From Octopus vulgaris (taxonomy: Eukaryota): DNA of 64,000 bases. Both the position numbers and the translations under genes were made by a program. Position 1 is the stretch's first letter, and each line of letters starts with the position of its first letter. The notes beneath the pieces are model-generated. The model saw only the letters and a program-made list of their open reading frames with translations, ran no database searches and was not told the origin of the DNA. Shown piece after piece: positions 12,355 through 23,752 of this stretch. The stretch is from the NCBI GenBank assembly GCA_951406725.2, contig OX597821.1, positions 60,512,001 through 60,576,000 on the forward strand, written 5' to 3'.

Positions 12355-13480
12355 AGATATATACATAGATACACATATATATGTACACACACACATATAT
12401 ATATACATATATATATATACATATATATATACATACACACACACATATAAACCTGATACACATACATACTTGTGTTATTGCATGTGTATGTGTGTATATA
12501 CAGACACATATATATATATACATATATACATATACATTTACATATATATATACACATATATATGTATATGTATATATGTATATATATATATGTGTATATA
12601 TATATATACATATATACATATATATATGTATATATGTATATATATATATATGTATGTATATATATATATGTATATATATATATATACATATATATACATT
12701 TTATATATGTATATATGTATATATATATATATATAAATACACACTACACACATACACACACACACATATATATGTACACACACATATAAACCTGATACAC
12801 ATACATACTTGTGTGTTTCCATGTGTATGTGTTGGCATTTTCACTTTATCACTTTTTCACTTTCAGAATCTTTATTTCCAGTCTCTACGAACCATTAAAA
12901 AAGCCCAGCAAACTGTTCTTTCATCCGGTTGATTCCCATTAAGCAGTCGCAGTCACAACTACAACACCACCTCCACCCCACCTACTACTACTACTACTCT
13001 TTTACCTCTTCCTTCCTTACCTCCTTCTTTTGCTGCTTCGCTTCTTTTTTCTTTCTCCTCCTCTTTCATCGTCACCATCTGCGACAACAACCGGAGACAA
13101 AAAGAAACAGCCTCTGTTACAGTTCAATGTTAAAACCAGTTCCCTCTCTACAATAAAAATAAAATGGCGGCAGTAAGCCATCGCAACAACGACTAACAAT
13201 TTGTGGGAGAAATGTCGTTAATCGAAAGGAAAAAAAAAAGACTTTAAAAAAGGTACAGCTGTTGCTCTCGAAGACTTTGTCTCTTTTGGAAACAAGGAGG
13301 AGGTGGGAACGATAGATACTTCTGGAAGCTTTTTTAGGCTTTGTCTCTTATTAAAAATTAACTTAAACATTAAAAAAAAGAAGAAAAAAATATGATGAAA
13401 TTGCTTTCTTCCACAATCACGAATACGACGACAATAATAATAACAACAACGATAGCTTCAACAATATTAGTAGATTTCAA

Positions 13481-13908
13481 AGGCGGCTAGCTGGCAGAAA
13501 CGTTAGCATGCTTAGCGGTATTTCGTCTGTTTTTAGGTTCTGTGTTCAAATTCCGCCGCGGTCGAATTTGCCTTTCATCCTTTCGGGATCGATAAATTGA
13601 GTACCCGTCGCATACTGGGGTCGATCTAATCGACTGGCCCCCTCATCCAAAATTTCGGGCCTTGCGCCTAGAGTAGAAAAGAATATTTTAAAAGGAGGTG
13701 AGCTGGCAGAAACGTTAGCACGCCGGGCGAAATGTTTAGCGGTATTTCGTCTGTTTTTACGTTTTGAGTTCAAATTCCATGGAGTTCGACTTTGCCTTTC
13801 ACCATTTCGGGGTCGATAAATTAAGTACCAGTTCCGAACTGGGGTCGATCTAATCGACTGGTCCCCTCCCCCAAAATTTCGGGCCTTGTGCCTAGAGCAG
13901 AAAAGAAT
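13481..13908 (+). mobile_element. Two tandem Meta-domain SINEs (13481-13686, 13693-13908)
   Basis: Two head-to-tail copies. Confidence 0.85.
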
Positions 13909-14028
13909 AAGTAAATAATCAAAATCAAATGTAGCAACTATGCATGTAAATTACATACAATAAACAAAAGTATAATTGTCAACATTTTTAGGTATTTCCA
14001 TACATGCAATAAAGGCAGCTGACTTGTA

Positions 14029-14081
<53 letters not shown>

Positions 14082-14087
<6 letters not shown>

Positions 14088-15780
14088 CGTCCACTCGTGA
14101 TCGAGGAAGACCATTGCCGACCTTCAGGAACATTGTGCGCTCTAGGACTAACTTATATTTTGCATTTGCGGCTCCGTTGGTGGCTAATGATCCCTGCTCT
14201 TGACAAGCATACACGACTGCAAACATTGCAGACCAAGCTTTCCCCATTCACTATACGAGCTGTGCGCTTTCGCGCAGCTCGCTTAAGTTCTTCATGCTGG
14301 ATACGTGCTCTCTCAAAAGTCTCAATCCCCTCCTTAACCTGCTTCCTCCATCTGTGGCAATGACAGGCATTGTTCTCCCAGTCAGTGTCCTGCATATCAC
14401 AGGCCTTTAACGAGGACTTGACACAGTGCTTAAATCGCAGCCTTGGTTTCTGCCGGAGTCTCCTTCCATTCACAAGTTCTCCATAGAGCATCTGCTTAGG
14501 AATCCTTCTATCCTTCATTCTAATAAGGTGTCTAGTCCAACGCAACCGGTGCTTGTGCACCATCGCCTCAATACTCAAGATATCAGCTGTCCTCAGGATC
14601 TGTGTGTCTGGAATTTTTGAGGTCCAGCCAACATTGAGAATGTGTCTGAGACATCTCTGATGAAAACGTTCAACGACCCTTACCTGACATTTGTACAGAG
14701 TCCATTTCTCACATGAGTAGAGAAGCGACGTCAGTACACAAGCACAGTACACAGCAACTTTTGTTCTCCTTGCGATGCCATGTTGGGACCAGACACGAGA
14801 CTGAAGAGACCGGAAGGAATTAGTTGCTATCTGCAACCTGAAAGATATTTCCTCATCCAGGGAGCAAGAACGGCTGAGTGTGCTGCCCAGGTAGACAAAC
14901 TTGTCTACTACCTTCAGAATTGTTACTTCAACCAAGATAGCTGGTTCTATATATGGATTTCCTGGTGCAGGCTGGAACATTACAACAGTCTTGTCCAGGC
15001 TAATGCTGAGTCCAAATGCCCTGCAAGAAGCAGAAATGCAATTCATGAGTATCTGCATGTCATCCACTGTATGAGTGACTAAGTCACAGTCATCTGCATA
15101 AAGGAGGTCACGAATAATAGACTGGGAAACCTTTGAATTGGCAGCAAATCGGCGAAGATTAAAGAGGCGGCCAGAAGATCGATGTCTGACATTTATTCCC
15201 AGAGAGCTAACCTTAGCAAAAGCATGAGTAAAAGCAGCAGCAAAGTACAAAGAAAAGAGAGTTGGGGCAAGGATGTCACCCTACTTGACACCATTCTCTA
15301 CAGGAATGGGTCCCGCCATGGCACCACCAACATTGACACAAGCCTCCATCCCATCATGAAATGATTTAATTATAGATACAAAGTGATCCGGACATCCAAG
15401 TTTGCCAAGTATTTTCCCTAGAAAGGCCCTATTTACAGTATCAAAGGCCTTAGTTAAATCAATGAATACCTGGACAAGATCCATATTCTGCTCATAGCAC
15501 TTCTCCTGCATCTGTCTTGCTGTGAAAATCATATCCATTGTCCCTCTACCAGATCGGAAGCCACATTGAGATTCAGATAGGACATCATTTACGAGACACC
15601 CATTCAGACGGGTAAGAAGAATATTTGCCAGAACCTGATAGTAGAGCAATACATCTCTAGTTACCACACATTGTTCTGGCTCCTTTTCCTTTATATAGAG
15701 GAAGAATAATTGCATCCTTCCAGTCCTTAGGGATTGCACCATCCCTCCAGGCTGCACTAATAAGTTCATGATTTGGTGGT
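14082..15780 (-). mobile_element. 5'-truncated RTE (BovB-like) LINE with frameshifted RT, inserted in (TA)n
   Basis: ORFs 15281-15799 (SQCGFRSGRGTMDMIFTARQMQEKC, FIDLTKAFDTVNR) and 14153-15250 (LLYADD, FVYLGS, C-terminal CxxC..H zinc finger). Confidence 0.92.
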
Positions 15781-15842
15781 AATATATATATATATGCACA
15801 CGTGTATATACTTAAACATTGTTATCTATAACAATGAGTATG

Positions 15843-15885
<43 letters not shown>

Positions 15886-16529
15886 TGATTGACAACTTCA
15901 CTGACAATTGACAACTTCACTAGAGTGGACGAAAGCGCTATATATAAAAACATGTGACATACTAATTAATAAAGAGAGAGAGCCGAACACCCTAACCGTT
16001 AGGTCACACATCTTTATTTATAATAGCAGCATCGTATTATATTCCCACTTTGTAAAACCAAGCAGGCGAAAATTACCCACCAAAAACCGCACAAAAAAAA
16101 ACAGGAATGCAAAAACCGAAAAACGCACATCTTTCAAGCAAACACCAATTTTGATACCATCTTTCCAGCTGACACCCAAAGAGAAATAGATTTGTCTTAA
16201 AACTCAAAAGTGTTAGGGTCACACAAGGTCACAAAAAAGGTCACACAAGGCGGCAAGCTGGCAGAAACGTTAGCACGCCGGACGAAATACTTAGCGATAT
16301 TTCTGAGGTGCAGCCCAAAAATCCATTACCACTGCTATACCATGTATCTGTCCTGCTGTCCTACATGCAGTGAAGAATTAAATGCGATCTAATGTGAATG
16401 TGGTCTATTCTAGTATGCCTGTAGAGAGTCACAGCAGAAGTAAGCACATTAAGAGCGGTAGGAGTGCCGCGACAGCTGCTGTTTCATTGCACTCATTACA
16501 TTGTGTAACATTGTTTTTGTCTTTGGTCA

Positions 16530-16700
16530 GTAAGTGTTATTTCCTATTTGCTTCTATCTAGAAGTCAAAGGAAATGACTACTATTCTCTTCAAACTTTGC
16601 TTTTGTGACCTGGACATCAATGTTTTGAAACTGACCTATTTTCCATTATATTTAAGACAGATCCAGTGCTAAGCTGCTGAAGCAGAAATAACAAATACAT
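16530..16700 (+). repeat. Interspersed repeat; inverted copy at about 19375-19495
   Basis: gtgttatttcctatttgcttcta..ttcaaactttgcttttgtgacctggac shared in opposite orientation. Confidence 0.7.
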
Positions 16701-16754
16701 AACAAATACATAGCAATACATAACAAATGCACAATGATAATACAATTTGTATAA

Positions 16755-17325
16755 TGATATTACACATATTCAAGCCGTTGTAGGTTTTTATCATCTTCAG
16801 CGAGCAGGACAATGCCATCAGCGAATGCCAGGTGTTTTAATCTCGTCTGTTGTTTCCATTGCATTCCTCTGTCACGTATGTTCGTTGTTCTCTTTAGGAC
16901 AAAGTTTATTGCAAGTAAGAACACGATGGGTGATAGACTGCAGCTTTGCCTCACGCCAACAGTTCTCTATGCCGGTGGTACATGGAAGAGAACCGTGAAA
17001 ATCGACTTCTACCAAAAAATGCGTGAGAAGGTTTATAAAAACGTATTGACAAGACTACTTAGTCAATGAAGACGTCCTTAAGTCAACACAAGACCATTTA
17101 GAGAAACCATTACGGAACGGAGATTAAAATTTGTAAGTTACTTATACGGCTACCAGAACAATGCTTTCAAGAGAAGACAGAAAAATACATGGCACAGAGC
17201 ATGCACAATCGACATGATAGAAGCCAATATCACATGACCAGATGTAGAGAAAACTGAAGCCAACAAGAAACCCGTGGCGTCAACTTGTTGCCCAAAGTGG
17301 TTGAGAGAACCAGGAGGGGCTGAGA
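16755..17325. mobile_element. RTE-group LINE relic: RT piece on - strand (16755-16965) joined to 3' end on + strand (16975-17325)
   Basis: VRQSCSLSPIVFLLAINFVL...LAFADGIVLLAE on minus; plus part matches the RTE tail at about 40040-40490. Confidence 0.7.
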
Positions 17326-17586
17326 TTCATTATATATATCGGAATAAAAGAAATCACATTATATATATTGTTGTGGAAGGATTCCGACCTCTTCCAAATG
17401 ACTAAAAGTGGACTGAATCAATGTTTTAAAATTAAGAACTGTGAGCGATTGGCAGTTCGGATCGGAAAGCAGTTCACTGTGAGCCGTAGATTGAGAGCGT
17501 TTAGTCTCGTATAATAGTGATCGTATTGCGTCGTGTAAATACTTTCTTTCCCCACTGTCTCTTTGAATTATATATCCAGCACCAGG

Positions 17587-17639
<53 letters not shown>

Positions 17640-17795
17640 CAAAATGGGACAAGAATGCAAAACATCCGGTCAACTATCCAGGGATGGTGGGTGGTGGAGG
17701 GGAGAACGAATAAGCATGAAAACGTTGAAAAGTCGTACAAAATTTAGTGAAATGTGTACTTACATATAAGAGAACAAAGCGCATGTACGCTGCTA

Positions 17796-17869
<74 letters not shown>

Positions 17870-18150
17870 AAATACAAAATGGGACAAGAACACAACACAT
17901 CCGGACAACTAGGTGATACAAAAAGGGACAACAAAACATCCAGATAGACGATACAAAAAAAATCAAGGACGGGTCATTTGAAGCTTTTTATCCTCAATCA
18001 AGAACCGGATCATCCTCGCAATTTCGGCTGATTAATCTTGAGATTGCTCCAATCTGGCCAGCCCCAAGGAAAACTAAGCTAAGAGCATTAGATTCCTTGG
18101 AAAAAAAGCATCGAATGTATACGAAAACAAGGACGGAAAAACAGACGATG

Positions 18151-18152
<2 letters not shown>
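17870..18152. repeat. (TA)n-adjacent repeat family aaatacaaaatgggacaagaa...; other copies at about 17634, 27375-27493, 53697-53990 and 56955-57185
   Basis: Shared ggacaagaa..agacgatacaaa..cttcagtcaagaaccggatcatc..atttcggctgattaatcttgaga; probably a Penelope-like terminal region (inference). Confidence 0.75.
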
Positions 18153-18218
<66 letters not shown>

Positions 18219-18219
18219 T

Positions 18220-18405
18220 CTTTTTTCATTTCCTTTACGTGTTTCAGTCATTTGACTAAGGCCATGCTGGACCACCACTTTTAGTCGAACAAATTGACTC
18301 TAGTACTTATCCCATCGGTCTCTTTTGCTGAGCAGTTAAGTTACGGAGACGTAAACACACCAACATCGGTTGTCAAGCGATGGTGGAGGGACAAGAACAG
18401 ACACC

Positions 18406-18440
<35 letters not shown>

Positions 18441-18560
18441 GGGTTTCTTTCAGCTTCCTTCTACCAAATCCACTCACAATGCTTTGGTCGGCCCGAGACT
18501 ATGATAGAAGACACCCGCCCAAGGTGCCATGCAGTAGGACTGAACCCAGAACCACACAAC
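18220..18560 (-). mobile_element. CORE-type SINE (family B)
   Basis: Same family, reverse orientation. Confidence 0.8.
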
Positions 18561-19665
18561 CACGCTATAATTAAACAATAAAACAAACAAAAAATACCCA
18601 CCAAACCTTAAATCAATAATTTTTCCTGTGATTTTATTTTCGCTCTTATGTTTGTTTTTGGTGCAGCTTTTTCTCCCGTGAATTTTCTTTTCTGTCTTCC
18701 TTGTCTTCTTTGACTTCTTGTGTGACATTTTCCCCCATAACGTCGCCACACTTCCAGTGACTCTTTTCCTGTGACTGTCTTTTGTGAGTTTTTTTCTTGT
18801 GATTAATATTCCGTAATATTCTTTTGTAATATTTTTTGTGACTCTTTCCTGCGATTGTTTTCCCGTGACATTTTCCCCGTGAGTTTTCCTTAAAACTTTG
18901 TTTTCTTTCTTGGCTTCCCTTTATTATTTTCTGGCTTCGTTTGATTGTTTCCAGAACAGGACACTTAATTCTACATCGTTTCAGTTCATCTGATAACACT
19001 GTGTAATACGATTCTTGTCCTTGCGTATTCTTGTCCTTTTTGCTTAGCTTTAAAAAGTATGAAAATGGCTAATATTTTCCTTCAAACTTTGCTTTTGTTA
19101 CATTTATTCAAACCCCAAAGAATCCCTCTCAACATATAACTATGATGCTCCCCTACTACTTCTCATGATAAGAGATGAACTTATTGTCAGCTACAAAAGG
19201 ACATGGTCAAGTAGTTAAGGTCAAGCAACTGACAAGCAACTGACAAGCAACTGACAAGCAACTGACAAGCAAATCTGTGGTATTGAGCAGAATATTTGCT
19301 ATAACTATATTTCTGCTTCAGCAACACAGTGCTGAATCTGTGATAGAAAATATATAAATAAATCTAATAGAAATTATATCAGTTTTCTAAACATTGTTGT
19401 CCAGGTCACAAAAGCAAAGTTTGAAGGGAATGGTAGTCATTTTCTTTGATTTCTAGAAGCAAATAGGAAATAACACTAACTGATCAAAGACAGAAAAAAA
19501 AAAATGATAGTGCTATTTGGAAAAATTTAATGATGTTACTTCTAACAGAGTAGCACAGAATCCATCTCAGCTATGTTCTGAATTTTTACGTTTCTGTGGT
19601 TCCTGTTAGCTTAAAATTTTTATTTTCGTGTTTTAAAGACAGTGGCTTGTTGGTAGATAGTGTAG

Positions 19666-19725
<60 letters not shown>

Positions 19726-19729
<4 letters not shown>

Positions 19730-19931
19730 AAATTTAAATAATGAGGGTGATAAATTGAATATTGATTTAATTAACGTCAATTTAAAACCAGTAGCCTAGC
19801 ATACACAAAAATCTGAAAATATAAAAATTTTTCTGAATTTTCAGGTTTTTCTGTATGCTGGGCTACTGGTTTTAAATTGATGTTAATTAAATCAATATTC
19901 AATTTATCACCCTCATTATTTAAATTTTAAA
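19726..19931. repeat. About 95-bp-arm fold-back palindrome between (TA)n tracts
   Basis: tttaaaatttaaataatgagggtg...ctgaaaat / attttcagg...caccctcattatttaaattttaaa. Confidence 0.92.
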
Positions 19932-20599
19932 TTTATATATATATATATATACATATATATGTATGTAAAAACAATACTAGTAATGTACTAATTCATTTGA
20001 AACACGAATCCACGAATTTAAAAGATAATTTGTTCTTGTATCTAAAGAAATAATTATTTTTGTTTTTGATTGATATTCGTCCACTTTTAAGTGTGTTGCA
20101 AAACGGTGAAAGTGACTGGAACGGTAAAACGTCTGCCTAGAATGAGTTCGTGTAATTAGTTCCGTCCCTCCAGCTAAGCCGTTCAAATCTTACATAAGAC
20201 GATTTTGTATCGTGCAATAAATATGTTTCAGATAATTACAAAAAGCCAGTAATTTTTGAAGGAAGAGATTAGTTGATTATACCAACGCTTGTCGTTGACT
20301 GGTACTTATTTTATCGACCACGAAATGATGAAAGGCAAAGTCGACATCGGTGGTATTTGAACCCAGTGCATAAAGAGTCGGAAGAAACGTCGCTGAGCAT
20401 TTTGCCATACGAGCTAAACGATTCTGTCAGCTCGTTCCCCTTGTCTTGTGACAAATAACAGTAATCGAAATAAGATGAAATTTAATCGATGATGTTCCTT
20501 CTCCACAAAGTCTGGTTTTGTAACCAATCGAAATAAATTAACTACATATGGTGTGTGTGTGCTTACGTGCGTGAGTGTTCATATGTGCACATAAGATTT

Positions 20600-21670
20600 T
20601 ACAACTTCCCTCTTTAAAACATTTTCTGCTGGTGTAATAAATTATAACTTTCCGTGTAAGGCGGCTAACAGCTAAATATGGCATAATGACCTCATAACAA
20701 TATCAAGAGAGAAATTTATGACATTGAAAGAAAATTATATTTCGGGAGAAAAAGTGTGAAATAGCTAAGTGAGATGAGCGTTGTAGTGCTTGTATGTTAA
20801 GAGTTAAGCTCTGAAAATCAGCCTGCAGTCTCCATTGCTCTTTGCTGCATCGATGCTGTGGCCCATTTAGGAAAGGTATGAATGTCCTCACTTGTTTTGT
20901 AATTTCCCTTTTTAAAATATTTTCTGTAGGTGTAATGAATTATAATTTTCCGTGCAAGGCAGTTAACAGCTGAAGATGACATAATGATGAACTCGTAACA
21001 ATCCCAAGGAAGAAATTTATGATATTGAAATAACATTATAAATTATAATAAATTATAACTTTCCGTGTAAGGCGGCTAACAGCTAAATATGGCATAATGA
21101 CCTCATGACAATATCAAGAGAGAAATTTATGACATTGAAAGAAAATTATATTACGGGAGAAAAAGTGTGAAATAGCTAAGTGAGATGAGCGTTGTAGTGC
21201 TTGTACGTTAAGAGTTAAGCTCTGAAAATCAGCCTGCAGTCTACATTGCTCTTTGCTGCAGCGATGCTGTGGCCCATTTAGGAAAGGTATGAATGTCCTC
21301 ACTTGTTTTGTAATTTCCCTTTTTAAAATATTTTCTGTAGGTGTAATGAATTATAATTTTCCGTGCAAGGCAGTTAACAGCTGAAGATGACATAATGACC
21401 TCGTAACAATCCCAAGGAAGAAATTTATGATATTGAAATAACATTATAAATTATAATAAGTTATAACTTTCCGTGTAAGGTGGCTAACAGCTAAATATGG
21501 CATAATGACCTCATGACAATATCAAGGGAGAAATTTATGACATTGAAAAAAAATTATATTACGGGAGAAAAAGTGTGAAAAGCTAAGTGTGGGAAACGTT
21601 GTAGTGCTTATACGTTGATGAAGAGTTAAGCTGTGTAAACCAACCTGCAATCTCCATTTCTCTTTGCTGC
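20600..21670. repeat. Tandem repeat, about 410-bp unit x about 2.5, with internal diverged sub-repeat
   Basis: Units start at about 20640, 21051 and 21459 (ttataactttccgtgtaagg); duplicated ORFs in the track confirm the period. Confidence 0.9.
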
Positions 21671-22579
21671 TGATAATTTTTCCAGTTTATTTAGATCAAA
21701 CATGTTTTAAGAACGGTATGACGTGCGCAAAGATAGGGCTTCTGCAATTAATTATCTAGATGTTTTAATTTCAATCTAATAAAAAAACAAAAACGAAGAA
21801 AATCCTTAAAAAGAAGTGAATTATATATCTTATTTGTATCTGCCAAAGAAAAATCTCAGTTATTTTATTAAAATTTAAAATTTTCAAAGCGAAGAAAGAA
21901 AAAAACACAGAATAACAAACCCAACTCACATTATTTAATTTATTTTTTCTCTTGAAATGGTTAATATTCATTAGTCGTTCAACAAACAGGATGCTGGAGG
22001 CATTAAGATATATTCTGTATCTCAATAATTTGTCCTGCTTTAAAAGTCACCCGGAAATCTGTTCCCAAAAAGTAGCTTCCCCGAAACATGTGACATCCAA
22101 TTTGATACAAAACAGAACGAGCTTTCTCCAATGGAATCTCGACGAAGTTTCCTGTTTTACACTGATTTCATTGTACTAGTTTATCTTTTAAGGAAGTAGA
22201 CCTTTTTTCTGTCTCACTAAGTTGAGAAAAAGCCAAAAAATAAAAGCAGACAATTAACTCATTTTATTTGTGGTGAGAATGATTCTGGACTATTTGTTTG
22301 GCACAAGATATGAAGACTGTTTTCGTAATTTATACCTCTCGCTAAGACGTTTATGCATACACACATATATACGATACATGCATACATATACATACATACA
22401 TGCACACACACACACAGACATATGCAGGAATACTCACACAGATACATACATATATGTATTTATGTATATGTATGCATGTATGCATGCATATATGCCTGCA
22501 TATATGTATGTATATATGTTGTGTGTTTGTGTGGGTGTGCGCGTGTGTATGTAATGAATAATTAAGTGAGCATTGGTGT

Positions 22580-22950
22580 CTAAAATCACGAGAAAAAGCA
22601 TTCAATACGGGAAGTGGTTTGATAAAATTTCAATCGAAAAATCGAGTAAAGCTGTTTGACATAGACACCGGTGCTTTTGATGGGGTGGCGGTGTAGGAAA
22701 TCATTGGTCTATATGCTTTGAATTTATCGCATAAAAAACTTTCGGATGCTGGATGGAAGGCTCTGTCGGAATAATGGATTTTCTATCGTACGAAATGTGA
22801 ATGGCCATAATGTAGGCAGATTTAGAAACGGCATTATGACAATGTCCAATGAATTAGAATTAAATATTTAATTCGCGACCAGCTTATGAGAAAGTCAGCT
22901 TGTGGGACATAACGTTAGACCTGGAGGCAAACAAATTTTCCATTATAATA
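22580..22950 (+). mobile_element. Degenerate Penelope-like RT fragment
   Basis: LFDIDTGAFDG..EIIGLYALNL..GLCRNNG..WDITLDL resembles the PLE RT pattern FDVTMGSYDGAE.CELVGL..GLYRDDGL..FLDVTLNL. Confidence 0.6.
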
Positions 22951-23018
22951 TATTTCATAAAAAGTTATTTTGTCTCAGTAAGGGTTCTAATCATTCACCA
23001 AATGTTCTTCGTAATTAA

Positions 23019-23583
23019 TTGGGTTGTCCGGAAAGTTCGTGCCGATTTTTAAAGGAAAGAAAAAAGTTAAATACATATTTGCCATTTCATTTTTAATTAA
23101 CCAAATATGAACCATTTTGTTGCATAATGCGTCTCCATCTTTCCTTTAACTTGAAAATACCCCCTCCTAGAATTGAGGGGGTTTCATGGCAAAGAATTCA
23201 TCAAGTATCTTTTTACGTCATCCAAGGAATTGACATTTTTACCATTAAGACTATTCTGCAGAGACCTGAATAAGTGAAAATCCGAAGGAGTAATATCTGA
23301 TGAATATGGAGGGTGGGGTAGCACATCCCAGCCGAGCTGCAGCAATTTTTGTCTGGTTCCCAAAGCATCAAGTGCCGAAAATAAATTTTTTTATCTTCCA
23401 TTTTAAAGGGTTACGGAATTAACATAGGTTATAGGAACATAAACCTTCTTCCACGAAAAGATAGCTTAAACTGTGCTCTAAATAGAGCTGTAGTCAAATC
23501 CTATTTTATGGACTCAACCATGTTCTAAAATAAGCCGAAAGGCAAGCTACTATAAATCGGCACGAACTTTCCGGACAACCCAA
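23019..23583 (-). mobile_element. Internally deleted mariner element
   Basis: Perfect 30-bp TIRs ttgggttgtccggaaagttcgtgccgattt; retains transposase N-terminus MEDKKIYFRHLMLWE and C-terminus YLDEFFAMKP..GIFKLKERWRRIMQQNGSY. Confidence 0.9.
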
Positions 23584-23752
23584 TAGTTTCCGTCGTTAGT
23601 TGGCATACATCATCACTATACTCAGATGCAAATACTTTTGAAAAAGTTTATTATTTCTCTAACGAAGTATTTAGTCTTAGCTGATTCTTAGAGAGGATAA
23701 AGTATATACCTAGACTTCTTGCTCCTAAATGTAGAAGCAGAAATAGAAACAT

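Noticed and set aside
17379-17592. Possible solo LTR starting TGTTGT in TA repeats
   Set aside because: No CA end, TSD or second copy visible
18620-18999. Lys-rich ORFs on the minus strand
   Set aside because: Derived from a degenerate tttcc(c/t)gtga low-complexity repeat
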